From contig OZ024745.1 in assembly GCA_964016885.1 (NCBI GenBank), forward strand, positions 24,986,001-25,050,000: a stretch of DNA of 64,000 nt, read 5' to 3'. Position 1 is the stretch's first letter. Every line of letters begins with the position of its first letter. The notes under the pieces are model-generated. The model searched no databases. It was given only the letters and a program-made list of their open reading frames with translations, and was not told where the DNA came from. The position numbers and the translations under genes are program-made. Below are positions 37,686 to 50,645 of this stretch, in pieces. The DNA comes from Eledone cirrhosa (Eukaryota).

Positions 37686-37885
37686 CACACTGTAAGGTGG
37701 TCATCTTTGTGTCACGATAAAAAGTACACAATCCACACTGTAAGGTGGTCATCTTTGTGCCACGATAAAAAGTACACAGTCCACACTGTAAGGTGGTCAT
37801 CTTTGTGCCACATTAAAAAATCCACAGTCCACACTGTAAGGTGGTCATCTTTGTGCCACATTAAAAAACACAGTCCACACTGTAA
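37686..37885. repeat. ~48-bp tandem repeat x4 within an RTE-B 3' UTR-like element
   Basis: cacactgtaaggtggtcatctttgtgccac repeated; followed by ggtgttaggaagggtatccagcc...ggacgttaaac. Confidence 0.85.
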
Positions 37886-38168
37886 ATATGGTTGGTGTTA
37901 GGAAGGGTATCCAGCCATAGAAACTAATCCAGATACAGTTCTGACTTGTCCCACAACAGGACAACTTGTCTAACCCATGCTAGCATGGAAGAATGGACGT
38001 TAAACGGTCCTGATATAATTGGTGTTGGATGCGTAAAGTGTCCGTATGCGGTAGGCCGTATGAGCACTCAATGCAGAGTATGATATCACAACAAAAAAGA
38101 GAATCAGTGTTGCGACGAATGAAATATGTCCAATAAATTCCATTCGTCACAACACTGATTCTCTTTTT

Positions 38169-38216
<48 letters not shown>

Positions 38217-38301
38217 GAAAAGGGGGCTAAAGTTCTATACAAATCAAAGATTATAGAAAAAAAGTAAGACCGGAAGTATATTTAAAGAATCTTTTATATA
38301 T

Positions 38302-38335
<34 letters not shown>

Positions 38336-39189
38336 ACACAATATACATGCAGCATTGAACAATCGCTGATGAACACAAAACCTGTGACACATATGTCATT
38401 GTAGGTTGCATAATATCTAAGATTTCAAACTTTAGTCAGCCTGTATAGGAACAGACTCCTGGCTGTCTAGCTTACTTTCACCTCCCCCACTCTATACAAA
38501 ATATTCAGGCTTCTGTCAGTCAATAACTATTGGGGGAGGGGGGGGGGGGGGTGACATAGTCATTTTATACATCCAAAGGTCTCTCATTTTGAAGGTTGCA
38601 GAAGGAGTTTGTTGACATGTTGTTTTAGCAGGTCAAGCGACTATATTTAATAACGCTCCCTCACATTGTTATAAATAGTGGTCGATTAGTGTGTATATGT
38701 ATATGTGTGTGTGTATATATATATGTGTGTGTGTGTATATATATATGTGTGTGTATATATATGTGTGTGTGTATATATATGTGTGTATATGTATATCTGT
38801 ATATATGTATATATGCGTGTGTGTATATATACATGCGTACACACACACACACAGTACTTGTGTCCGTTCATTGAATATCTTCCGTTGTATGGTAACAACA
38901 TTTTTATCTTACCTTCCCACATTTAACTTCCTTCTCACTCTGATAAAGATAGCATATTTTGTCATTGTTGATTATTATCCTTCCCCCTTTTTTTTTATTA
39001 TTCCTAACCCTCTTAGAATTTCATAGTCATCATCATCATCATAATTTATCATTGGGGGTTTTTTTCATTAATTATTCAACATATTTTTCTAGAGGAAATG
39101 AAGTTTGAAAATTAACATTTGATGACTACATTCTGTCATGGTTTAATGATGTACCTGTCCCGTCCCCTCTTTCCCAAGCATGTTGCTGG

Positions 39190-39470
39190 ATATTGTCACC
39201 CATTGCCACTCGTTCAATAGAATCGACAAGTGTGGGAATACAACATTATCGGAATTTATATGGCAACTAGAATGCGATAGTATACATCACTCATTGTTGT
39301 GGGCCACACTTAGAACTGCACACCCATACAAGGACGGATCTTTTGCAAGTGGTTGTGATGTATGCACCATGGAAGGCAAGGAAATTATAGAAGGTGGACT
39401 CCACATAATTAGGTGTTCTGATTTCTTTAACATATGCCAACACAAAATATCAAGGACCTTCTTAAAATGA
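39190..39470 (+). mobile_element. Decayed Penelope-like GIY-YIG C-terminal fragment
   Basis: H.HSF...TTLSEFIWQL...LLW....AHPY...CDVCTMEGKEII, parallel to the 4084-4299 fragment. Confidence 0.7.
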
Positions 39471-39923
39471 TTTCCTGCTGAGAACGCATCTGGGTTTGAA
39501 AAGTGATTGAAGGTGTTTATCATTTCTTCAGTTTACAGGGAAATTCCTATTTTCTGGAATGTTTACATGCCTTCATATTAAAAATCTGTATATTTATATA
39601 CACATTAGGGCAGTCTCTGTTACCCACTCTGTATATCATCATCATCATTATATGTTCTTTGTGCCACGTTTACATGGGTTGGACGGATCTTTCTCAGCAC
39701 ACCGTCTTGTCAAGTTCCTTTGTCATCTCCTCTGTGAGTCTCAGCAATTTGAGATAAGTTCTCACCACCTCCGCACAGGTCTTCCTTGGTCTACCTCTAC
39801 TGTGGCATCTTTCCACTGGGATTTTCTTGCACATCTTCACTATATATGGCAAATAAATAAGAAAATAATTTCACCTCATGTTTGATGAATATTATTTATG
39901 TTTCATGTATTCCAGAATTGATC

Positions 39924-40068
39924 ATGAGTCGTAAAAGAACATTGATGCCCGATATCTATAAAGCCAAGAAACGGCAGTGTTTGGCTGTTGGGACTGGTGC
40001 TCCTGTTGCTGATGCTACTGACACTCCCAATTCACATAACAGCGAAGAAGCAGAAAATAAAAATGATT
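39924..40068 (+). CDS. STK19: STK19 coding exon 1 (MSRKRTLMPDIYKAKKRQ...ENKND)
   Basis: Acceptor tccag at 39911-39915, ATG at 39924, donor gtgagt at 40069; 145 nt, phase 1; basic N-terminus; frame continues into the next exon. Confidence 0.85.
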
Positions 40069-42522
40069 GTGAGTTAAGAACATTTCTGTATTTGTTGCTA
40101 CACGGCTACATATGCTGAGATTGGGCAGGTGGGTGGTCCATGTTTGGTTTGCCGAATTTGGAGGGTGAGTGAGGTTTGGTTTGGTCAGAGTCTTGAGTGC
40201 AGGTTGGCGTTTGGTTTAGGCTGTTTGTGGATTGATTGTAGCAATAACAGTCTTCATCATCATTGTTTAGCATCCATCTTCCACACTAGCATGTATATAT
40301 ATATATATATATTGTTGTAACCTTAATGTAATTCTTAGGGAGATTCAGCATGACACTGTAACAAAACTGGCCTTTTGAATGACATGCAATTCACTTTTGC
40401 CAGATGAGAAGTTTGTAGCTCTTTGAAACAAAATGTCTCGCTCAAGGACACAAGGTGATGCCAGGAATAAAGCCCTCAGCCTTACGATCATAAGCTGAAC
40501 ACTTTATACACTAAGCTGAATAACTTCACGTGTATATATATATTTATATATCCAAACCAATGCCAGAATAGAAAAGCACATGTTAAATGATACTGATGAT
40601 ATATAATTATATATATATATATATAATAATAATTATAAGTTGGCTAGCAGTCAAGAGAGCATAGATACATATATGACTCAATGAATGAATGAATTAAATA
40701 AAAAGTCATTAATCATCATGATGCTAACCCATACTTCGTTATTTTTTTAATGTATTGTATATATCACTCATGCTGTAGTTTGTATAGCTTATGCGGGGTG
40801 CAAACAAACATCACTGCTTTTTAAACAGTGTCAACGCAGTGCCTGGTGCACACAAACTTATATGTTTATACATATATATCACCATTTTACAACTATTTTC
40901 CATTCTTACATGAGTTAGACTGATTGTCATGTTCTAATAATAGACAGGTTAAATAACCACATCCTGCTCATACTATTCTATTTTTGGCATGGTTTCTAGG
41001 TTACTATGGCTGGATACTTTTCTTATCAACCATTTTACAGTATGTATTAGATGTAATTTAAACCGGCTGTATCAAGTCAGAATTCTTTCACCTCTTTCTG
41101 TTTAAACCGGCCATAACTGGCCATTCATATTAATGTTAAAGTATTATTCTCAAAATAAATATCAAAATCTTATAGATTCAATATTATGTGAGATAAAGCC
41201 TTTACCACTTTAAATATAAAGTAATGTAAATGCTAAAGGGTTAAACCATTGGAAATGTTGTAGTGGAGATATCATTGTAGCTATTCCTAAACACACTAAA
41301 ACTGAGGACTTGCACTGGAGCTATGTCAGTGACCAGGTTACAAACAGTACAATCAACATTTTGATCTCAAAAAATAAATGATACATGTAAAGCTTTTGTA
41401 TGTTTTTCAATGGCTACAGTGACACTTCCATGATGTAATTACAATATTTGCGCCCCTTCGTATAAGACACCCCCTGGTTTTACATCCAGCCGTATAAAAC
41501 GTGCGTCCATAGGCTGGCAAATACAGTACTTTAGCTGTGTTCAAACCTGGAGTAGGATGGGTTCTGCCAGGTTTATTGGCCCACTATGGTACTCCTACAA
41601 ATCCATCAGAAGTTATGGGGCAATAATGGTCACTTGTCTTGGATTTATTATATAATTATTATTTACATTGTCATGATGCCATAAATGTCTGGGGAATATT
41701 CAATTGAATTGACTCCAAAAGTGATCTTCACGGTGTAATTTTAGTCCAGTACTTTGTTGCTTTTACTACATTTACTTTAAATTTCGCCACTTTAGTAGTA
41801 ATAGTAATAATAATTGTTTCTACTTTTGGCACAAGGCCACAATTACCCAGTACATTACTGGTACTTTATTATATCGACCCCATAAGGATGAAAGGCAAAG
41901 TTTACCTCGGCGGGATTTGAACTCAGAATGGCAAGGGCCGTAACTCTATACGTCAAAGCATGGCGTCCGACCCTCTACCGATACTGCCAATCCACCAATG
42001 ATTTCTAGTATAGGCACAAGGCCAACAATTTGGTGGGGAGGGGAAAGTCAATTAAATCGACACCAGTACATTACTGGTGCTTTATTTTACAAAGTATGTT
42101 GTTCGACACTCTATCAATACAGTCTATTCAGCACCTTAATAATATTTATAATGGTTTCTGATTTAGGCACAAGGCAAATAGTTTTAGAGAAGAAGAAAAA
42201 GTCAATTAAATTTACCCCAGTGCATTACTGGTACTTTATTTTATCGACCCTGTAAGTATGAAAGGCAAAGCTAACCTCAGTGGGATTTGAAATTAGAATG
42301 TAAAGGGTCGTAACTATATGTTTTTGTAATTTCTACCCTAAAAACCAGAAATTAATAAGGTCAACCATCCCCCTATGAGGTTCTTTAAGTAAAAAAAAAA
42401 CAAAATGGAGTCTTTTTGGAACCCCAAAAGGAGTTTAAACCAGTAAATAGTGACCTTTCCTGTCATTTTGAAATCCCAAAATAATAATAATAATAATTTT
42501 TTTTTTGTTTGCGTGTTTTCAG

Positions 42523-42674
42523 TGGCAGACATTCCTTCAGACACGAAAGCTTCACTTTTGTATCTGAAGTCCCTGTTCCCTCTTGAAAAATTTGAAAGCC
42601 GTTTACCTCCTGTTATACTTAAACATCAAGTATACAGCATTGTCAAGAATCGTACATTAGTAGACAAGCAGTTG
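42523..42674 (+). CDS. STK19: STK19 coding exon 2 (LADIPSDTKASLLYLKSLFP...PPVILKHQVYSIVKNRTLVDKQL)
   Basis: Polypyrimidine tract + ag, donor gtaagt at 42675; PPxxLxHQxYS...RTxVD motif typical of STK19; phase 1 to 0. Confidence 0.93.
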
Positions 42675-42978
42675 GTAAGTTATCTTGATGTACATGTATA
42701 CATATTTTATCATTTTACATTTTTTATCCATATTGGCATGACCTGGATGGATAGGTCTGTTCCAATACAGTGTCTCGCCACTTGTTGCAGCCCTTCATCA
42801 CCTTTTTCATGAGGTCCAAATGTCCTCAGATCAGACCTTATTCCTTCTACCCACATCTTCTCCAGTCTTTTTTCTCTGCAGGATCCTTCCACTTGTATCA
42901 TTTGATATACTATTCATGAAACATATACCCCAAATGTCTGTGCCAATGCAGCTTTCTCTCTTACATATTATGGCTGTC

Positions 42979-44578
42979 TTCCAATTCCTAGTTTTTCTAC
43001 CAGCTAACCTGTGTTCCATCATTCATAGATGCTGACATTACACATCAACCCTTCCAATTCCTAGTTTTTCAACCAGCTAACTTGTGTTCCATCATTCATA
43101 GATGCTGACATTACACATCAACCCTTCCAATTCCTAGTTTTTCAACCAGTTAACCTGTGTTCCATCATTCATATATACTGACATTACATATCAACCCTTC
43201 CAATTCCTAGTTTTTCTACCAGCTAACCTGTGTTCCATCTTTCATAGATGCTGACATTACACATTCACCCTTCCAATTCCTAGTTTTTCTACCAGCTAAC
43301 CTGTGTTCCATCATTCATAGATGCTGACATTACACATCAACCCTTCCAATTCCTAGTTTTTCAACCAGTTAACCTGTGTTCCATCATTCATACATGCTGA
43401 CATTACACATCAACCCTTCCAATTCCTAGTTTTTCTACCAGCTAACCTGTCTTCCATCATTCATAGATGCTGACATTACACATCAACCCTTCCAATTCCT
43501 AGTTTTTCTACCAGCTAACCTGTGTTCCAACTTTCATAGATGCTGACATTACACATCAACCCTTCCAATTCCTAGTTTTTCTACCAGCTAACCTGTGTTC
43601 CATCTTTCATAGATGCTGACATTACACATCAACCCTTCCAATTCCTAGTTTTTCTACCAGCTAACCTGTGTTCTTTCATAGATGCTGACATTACACATCA
43701 ACCCTTCCAATTCCTAGTTTTTCTACCAGCTAACCTGTGTTCCATCTTTCATAGATGCTGACATTACACATCAACCCTTCCAATTCCTAGTTTTTCTACC
43801 AGCTAACCTGTGTTCCATCATTCATAGATGCTGACATTACACATCAACCCTTCCAATTCCTAGTTTTTCTACCAGCTAACCTGTGTTCCATCATTCATAG
43901 ATGCTGACATTACACATCAACCCTTCCAATTCCTAGTTTTTCTACCAGCTAACCTGTGTTCCATCTTTCATAGATGCTGACATTACACATCAACCCTTCC
44001 AATTCCTAGTTTTTCTACCAGCTAACTGGTGTTCCATCTTTCATAAATGCTGACATTACACATCAACCCTTCCAATTCCTAGTTTTTCTACCAGCTAACT
44101 TGTGTTCCATCTTTCATAGATGCTGACATTACACATCAACCCTTCCAATTCCTAGTTTTTCTACCAGCTAACCTGTGTTCCATCTTTCATAGATGCTGAC
44201 ATTACACATCAACCCTTCCAATTCCTAGTTTTTCAACTAGTTAACCTGTGTTCCATCATTCATACATGCTGACATTACACATCAACCCTTCCAATTCCTA
44301 GTTTTTCTACCAGCTAACTTGTGTTCCATCTTTCATAGATGCTGACATTACACATCAACCCTTCCAATTCCTAGTTTTTCTACCAGCTAACTTGTGTTCC
44401 ATCTTTCATAGATGCTGACATTACACATCAACCCTTCCAATTCCTAGTTTTTCTACCAGCTAACTTGTGTTCCATCTTTCATAGATGCTGACATTACACA
44501 TCAACCCTTCCAATTCCTAGTTTTTCAACTAGTTAACCTGTGTTCCATCAATTATACATGCTGACATTACACATTCAC
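42979..44578. repeat. 73-bp minisatellite, ~22 copies, between STK19 coding exons 2 and 3
   Basis: ttccaattcctagtttttctaccagctaacctgtgttccatc(a/t)ttcatagatgctgacattacacatcaaccc at 42979, 43052, 43125 and onward. Confidence 0.97.
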
Positions 44579-44869
44579 ATTTTGCACTTCATACCTAAGC
44601 ATTATATAATCTATTCTTCATTCAAAAAGGTACTTTTTTGTTGCTAGCAAAGGTTATAGTTCCTTGAACTTATTCCATACTGTCCTTATTCTGACTACCA
44701 TATCATTATCACTGTTTAACATCCATTTTCCATGCTAGCATAAGTTAGACGGGTTATCCTGTTGTGAAACGAGTCAGATCAGATAACCATGTCTTGCTCT
44801 CACACAACCTTTTTTACTTTCACATATTCCCACTGATTATCTTATAGTTAATTACTCATTCTTTTTCAC

Positions 44870-45555
44870 TCGTTCCCTCTCCCTCACTCATGCTCTCTCT
44901 CTCTCACTCGCTCATTCTCTCTCTCACTTGCTCATTCTCTCTCTCTCTCTCTCGCTCACTCATGCTCTCTCTCCCACTCACTCATTCTCCCTCTCTCTCA
45001 CTCACTCATGCCCTCTTTCACATTCTCTCCCTTTCACTAGCTCATTCCCTCTCTTTCACTCGCTCATTCCCTCTCTCTCACTCGCTCATTCCGTCTCTCT
45101 CACTCGCTCATTCCGTCTCTCTCACTCGCTCATTCCGTCTCTCTCACTCGCTCATTCCGTCTCTCTCACTCACGCATTCTCTCTCTCTCTCTCTCACTCA
45201 CTCATTCTCTCTCACTCACTCATTCTCTCTCTCTCTCTCACTCACTCATTCTCTCTCTCTCTCTTACACTCTCTCTCTCACTCACTCACTCACTCATTCT
45301 CTCTCACTCATGCTCTCTCTCTCACTCGCTCATTCTCTCTCTCTCACATTTCCTCTCTTTCATTTGCACATTCCCTCTCTGTCACTCACTCATTCTATCT
45401 CACTTGCTTATTCCCTCTCATGTGCTCATTTTCTCTCTCTTTCCCTCACTCATTCTTTCTCTCTCTCTTTCACACACACAGTCCCTCTCTCTCTCTTTCA
45501 CACGCACATATTCCCTCTGTCTCTCACACACACACATTCTGTCTCTCTCACTCCC
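44870..45555. repeat. Compound (CT)n/(CTCA)n polypyrimidine tract
   Basis: ~690 bp of CT/CTCA/GCTCATT units ending just before the exon 3 acceptor. Confidence 0.95.
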
Positions 45556-45570
45556 ACTTTGTAATTTTAG

Positions 45571-45712
45571 GCTGATCTGAAGTCTACTGGTGAGATAAAA
45601 CTGTTCAAGTTTGGAACCGACACAAATGACTTCAGTATATTGTTTACAGAAGATTACAGAAGTCACATCAGTCGGCTGACGGAGGACAACTGCATCAGTA
45701 AAGTCATTATAG
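45571..45712 (+). CDS. STK19: STK19 coding exon 3 (ADLKSTGEIKLFKFG...ILFTEDY...KVII)
   Basis: ttttag acceptor, gtacgt donor; GEI and FTEDY motifs of STK19; phase 0 to 1. Confidence 0.92.
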
Positions 45713-46365
45713 GTACGTGTATACATCTGCCTGTCTGTCTCTCTTTTTCAACTGGTTTGTCTCTACTTTACAAAAGGATAACTGTATGATGCCTGTGTGC
45801 CAAGTGAGATGCTGCAGGGTAGTGAAACAATGGTGGTGACTACAGAGGACATTCATAGGCTGGTGAGAAATGAAGCAACCATGCTTCGTTGGATGTGTAA
45901 TGTAAATGTGTGAGAAAGGCAGAGCTTGGGTGAACTTCTAACCTCCTTCTCTATTATACTAGTTAGTGTCAATCAAATGTCTGTTGGTTTGTTTATATCA
46001 GGTCACCCTTCTCAAAAGTAAATGTTAATACTGACACGTGGAGTCAATGTGATAGACATTGGTGACCATAAAAAAAATATCCTGTTAATAAAGGAAGTTT
46101 CCCACTAGGGAAGTTGTCATGTCTGTGATAAAGCTGAGAAGTCCTCTCAACCCTTTGTTTGGCATGATTTCTACAGCCGGATGCCCTTCCTATCACCAAC
46201 CACTTTACAGTGTGTACTGAGTGCATTCAACACTAAGGAGGTTGTTATGTCTTTGACACAGCTGAAGGGTCCTCCCAACCCCTTTGTTTGGCATGTTCTC
46301 TACAGCTGGACTGTGTACATTTATCATATAAATCACCAACGTATATGATTTTATTTGTTTTCTAG

Positions 46366-46462
46366 ACAAATTCCTGAATACAGTTGTGCGAAACTGGACT
46401 GATGTAAGTGTCAATAAAGAAGTTATGATTGATAAGTTCCATTTCAAGGATGAAGAAATTAC
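46366..46462 (+). CDS. STK19: STK19 coding exon 4 (DKFLNTVVRNWTDVSVNKEVMIDKFHFKDEEIT)
   Basis: tttctag acceptor, gtaagt donor; FxDxEIT motif; phase 1 to 2. Confidence 0.92.
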
Positions 46463-46865
46463 GTAAGTAACTTAGAGGAACAATGTATACACATATCATC
46501 ATGTGTATATATACATATATATATATATATATAAAGGAAGTATGTTTGGAATGCAGTGAGCGAAGTTTGGGATTGAAATAGAAATAGAAGCTTCGCTGTA
46601 ACATTTTTGACTAAATAATATAGTCTAATAATGAGGCATATAAACCCACTGAACAAAAAAAGATGGGTATTGCTGATATACATCTTTTTCTGTTCGTTAG
46701 ACTATATTATTTAGTCAAAAATGTTACAGCAAAGCCTCTATTTCAATGTGTGTGTGTGTGTGTATTAACAGATATTGTAGATATCAGCAACCTATACCAT
46801 TACTGCCCCAATGATACAAACCATTATTATCAGAACAGCATGAGAGAATGCTGTTCTGATAATTT

Positions 46866-48245
46866 AATAATAATAATAATGAAATTATTGTGTACAGTGC
46901 TCAGGTGCACTACAACTCATCAAAGGTGCATGTATAGTACATAGAATAATGTACAAATGTCAGGAAAATAAACAGTGTATGAGTCATGATATAATAACAA
47001 TAACAATAATGAAATATTGTGCACAGTGCCCAGGTGCACCACAACCCATCAAAAAAGTGCATGTACAGTACATAGGGCAATGCACAAACATCAGTAAAAT
47101 GAACAGTGCACACATGTGTGCATGTGTATGGAAGGGGCACATCAGGTGTAGTTTTGGCGTATTTCGGGAAGCATGAGTGTCTTAAAGGATGCAGTGTCTC
47201 GGCAGCTAACAATTGACGCAGGCAGTTTGTTCCATGCTGCAGCAACTCTGAGCGTGAAAAAATGTCTGCGAAAGTCATGGGAGCTGTGCTGTTTTCTTAT
47301 CTTGTAGGCATGTCCACGTGTGTTAGACACATGGAGATCAAAGAGGCGCTCAGGGTTGCAGTTGGCGAGATGGTTAAAAACTTTGTGGGTATTCACCAAG
47401 TCCATTGCCAGACGTCGGAGCTTCAATGAATCCATGCCCAGGGAAGCAAGGCGTTCAGAGTATGGTAGGTGTCTGATGGAGGGTATGCGCTTGGTTGCAC
47501 GTCTCTGAACAGTTTCCAGGAGGTCAATGTTCCGAGCAAGATAGGGGTTCCAGACTGATGATACGAATTCCAAGTGTGGTCGCACCATAGCTGTATACAG
47601 TTTTAAATAGATGGCTGGAGAGCGGCTAACAAAGGTCTTGCTGAGTGATGCCAAGACACCCTCGGCCTTCTTGACAATCTTAGAGACATGCTTTGTCCAA
47701 CGCAAATCGTTGCTGACAGTAATGCCCAGGTCACGTTCACAAGAGGACTTTTTGATGTCAGTGTTGTGGAGGGAGTATGTGGACGCTGGATTTTTCCTTC
47801 CAAAATACATGGTGGTACACTTGTCCACAGCCAGCTTCAGTTGCCAGTTTGTGATCCATTGCTGCATTGTGTCCAGGTCTGATTGTAGGAAAGAGTTGTA
47901 AATTTCAGGATCAGTCCTTTTGATTTCAAGGTACAGCTTGATGTCATCTGCATATTTTAGTACCGTGGCATTCTGTAAGTTGGCATCTATGTCATTAATA
48001 TATGCCACAAACAAAAGAGGACCAAGAACAGATCCCTGTGGTACACCAGATGACATCTCATATGGTGAAGAATGCTGTCCTAGAACCGTGACTACTTCCT
48101 TTCGGCTGAGAATGAAGGATTTCAGCCAGTCGAAAAGATCATCCCTCACACCCATTGCAGAGAGTTTTGCCATAAGTCTTTTGTGTGGCACAGAATTAAA
48201 AGCCTTAGCAAAGTCAAGGTAAACAACATCCACCCATGAGCCGTA
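46866..48245 (-). mobile_element. CR1 LINE, 5'-truncated, with intact 363-aa RT C-terminal ORF
   Basis: YLDFAKAFNSVPH, SGVPQGSVLGPLLF, YADD, ERDLG, VRPHLEF..SVWNP, VQRRATK, WNKLP; 3' UTR and (TTA)n tail; antisense in an STK19 intron. Confidence 0.97.
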
Positions 48246-48299
48246 ATCTCGTTTTTTGTTGAACCATTAAATTGTGGGACTTTAACAGACACACACACT

Positions 48300-48348
<49 letters not shown>

Positions 48349-48436
48349 AAACTCAATCTTGAGTAATATGACCAAAAAAACAATTCTACCAGTTGAAAAT
48401 GATAAATTATAAATGATAGTCCACTTCTGTTTTCAG

Positions 48437-48593
48437 GCATCTAGTGAAGGCATCTGTATTAACTGTAAGAGATTCTGGTACCTGGTGGCTTTCTATTCCT
48501 AATGCTGGTATTTTTATGAAAAACTTAATTCGGGGTCGGAAAGCTGCTATTACAATTATTAAGAAAACAAAATACAAAGAGATTTTCAAAGAT
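48437..48593 (+). CDS. STK19: STK19 coding exon 5 (HLVKASVLTVRDSGTWWLSIPNAGIFMKNLIRGRKA...KYKEIFKD)
   Basis: tttcag acceptor, gtgagt donor; strongly conserved VLTVRDxGxWWLxxPxAG...GR motif; phase 2 to 0. Confidence 0.95.
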
Positions 48594-48829
48594 GTGAGTA
48601 ATGCTTTATCTTATTTATAAATGTTTATTTTTATTTATTTATATATCATCATCATTCTCATCACAATCTGGTATAGATTGGACAGGTTTGTCACATTTTG
48701 AGATTAGATAGGTTGGATGACCATGTCTCACTCATACATTTCATTTTGGCATGGTTTCTATGGCTGGATGTCCTTCCTAACACCAACCACTTTACAGCAT
48801 GTATTAGGTGTGTTTTGTCATCACATCAG

Positions 48830-49155
48830 CACTACCAGTTTAGTGTGTGCTGGGCACATTTTATTGTGGCACCAACACTATAACTTTACAATGAGGGCTG
48901 GCATAATTTATTGTGGTACCTGCACTAACACTTTACAGAGTGGGCTGGGCACAATTTATTGTGGCACCAGCACTATTACTTTACAGGGTGGGCTGGGCAC
49001 AATCTATTGTGGTACCTGCACTATCACTTTACAGGGTGGGCTGGGCAAAATCTATTGTGGTACCTGCACTATCACTTTACAGGGTGGGCTGGGCACAATC
49101 TATTGTGGTACCTGCACTATCACTGTACAGAGTGGGCTGGGCACATTTTATTGTG
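48830..49155. repeat. 48-bp tandem repeat in an RTE-B UTR-like element
   Basis: tattgtggtacctgcactatcactttacagggtgggctgggcacaat, ~6 copies. Confidence 0.85.
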
Positions 49156-50073
49156 TAACCATGTACGGAGAGACAGACAACGCTCTTATTATTATATAGA
49201 TTATTGCTTACCGAGGTCAACTTTACCTTTCATCCTTCCAGGGTTGATAAAATAAAGTACCAGTCAAATACTGGAATCAATCTAATCAACTTTTACTTTC
49301 CCCACAAAATCCCTGACCCTGTGTGTTTGAATTAGATATCTTAATTCCTATGGGTCTTTTCCAGTGCAGAAAGAATCTTTTCATTCTTTTCTGTTGTTAG
49401 TCATCTCCTTTGTGAGTTTCAACAATTTGAAATCAGTTCTCACCACTTCTGCTCAGATTTTCCTTTGGATTTCTTGGCACTTTTTCACCTAACGATCATC
49501 ATCCATACGCATCACATGTCAATACCAGTGCAATCTCACAACTCATCCAGATTTTATTTTCATTATTTTTTTATTTAAAGATGAATGGTCATGTCAAACT
49601 CCTCCCAATGTTGTAGCAATACACAGCATTCTCAAGCAATAATCCTCCTCCTCTGTATTCGGTATCAGTTTTGAGATCTTAAGCAAGTCACCTAATTCTA
49701 GCTACTTATGTAGTTGTTATTTTAACAAGACACTGTTATTTATCTGGTTGTGTATACACTCGAATATAAGCCGAGGAATGTGTGACACAAAAAAAATCAA
49801 TGGTAAAAATGGGGTGGGAGTTGACTCATGTTTGCCATCTAAACATAGTATTGATTAACTGCCTCAACTTATAAACAGGGTTTGGATTTTTGCCAATATC
49901 TCGGACATAAAATATGGAGTTTGGTCAGTTTATATTCGAGTATATATGGTATATATTATTTAACATCTATCTATCTATCTTTATGTCTCTTTATCCATCC
50001 CACTTCTTTCCTTCTCAAATATGTTTTCTGTAAAATCCAAAACTAAAAATATTTGTCATTTTTTTCATTACAG

Positions 50074-50162
50074 GATCTGGAACAACGGAAATGGCCTCGA
50101 CTTGCTAGGTTGGGTATAGTTTACCATATTCATGATATTATTGGTGCTGACTTGGTGGACTG
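50074..50162 (+). CDS. STK19: STK19 coding exon 6 (DLEQRKWPRLARLGIVYHIHDIIGADLVD)
   Basis: ttacag acceptor, gtaagt donor; RLGxxYHxHDxIGAxLV motif; phase 0 to 2. Confidence 0.95.
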
Positions 50163-50645
50163 GTAAGTTAAATACTATTAATTAATAAGGTATTAGAACT
50201 GTTTAAAGCCCTACTACAATAATCTCGTAAGATTTAGATCAATTGATGATTCTGTATTGGTTCCTGCTCTTTATGTTCGGAGTTCAAATCCTGCCAAGGT
50301 CAACTTTGCCTTTCATTTTCTTGAAATCGATAAAGAACCAGTAACTTTCCTCTACCCCAAAATTGCTGACCTTGTGCTTAAATTAGAAACCATTGTTATA
50401 GTTAGGGCAGTTGATGGGCAGTAATCAGTAGAGCATTGAACAACATGCTTTGCAGTATATAGTTATGTCCTTTGCATTCTGAGTTCAAATCCAGTTGAAT
50501 CCCCAAGTGAGACCAGCCAAGCTCATGGATGTTTTCCAACCATCTTGCTCTGGGTCTCCTGCCGGTTGGTTTTGCCCATAAAATCTTTTTTTTTTTTTTT
50601 TTCCAGCAATTCAATGTTGGTTTTTACTTTACTTTGTCTTTACAG

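Noticed and set aside
44890-45575. 224-aa and 215-aa S/L/H-rich ORFs
   Set aside because: Translations of CT/CTCA low-complexity repeat.
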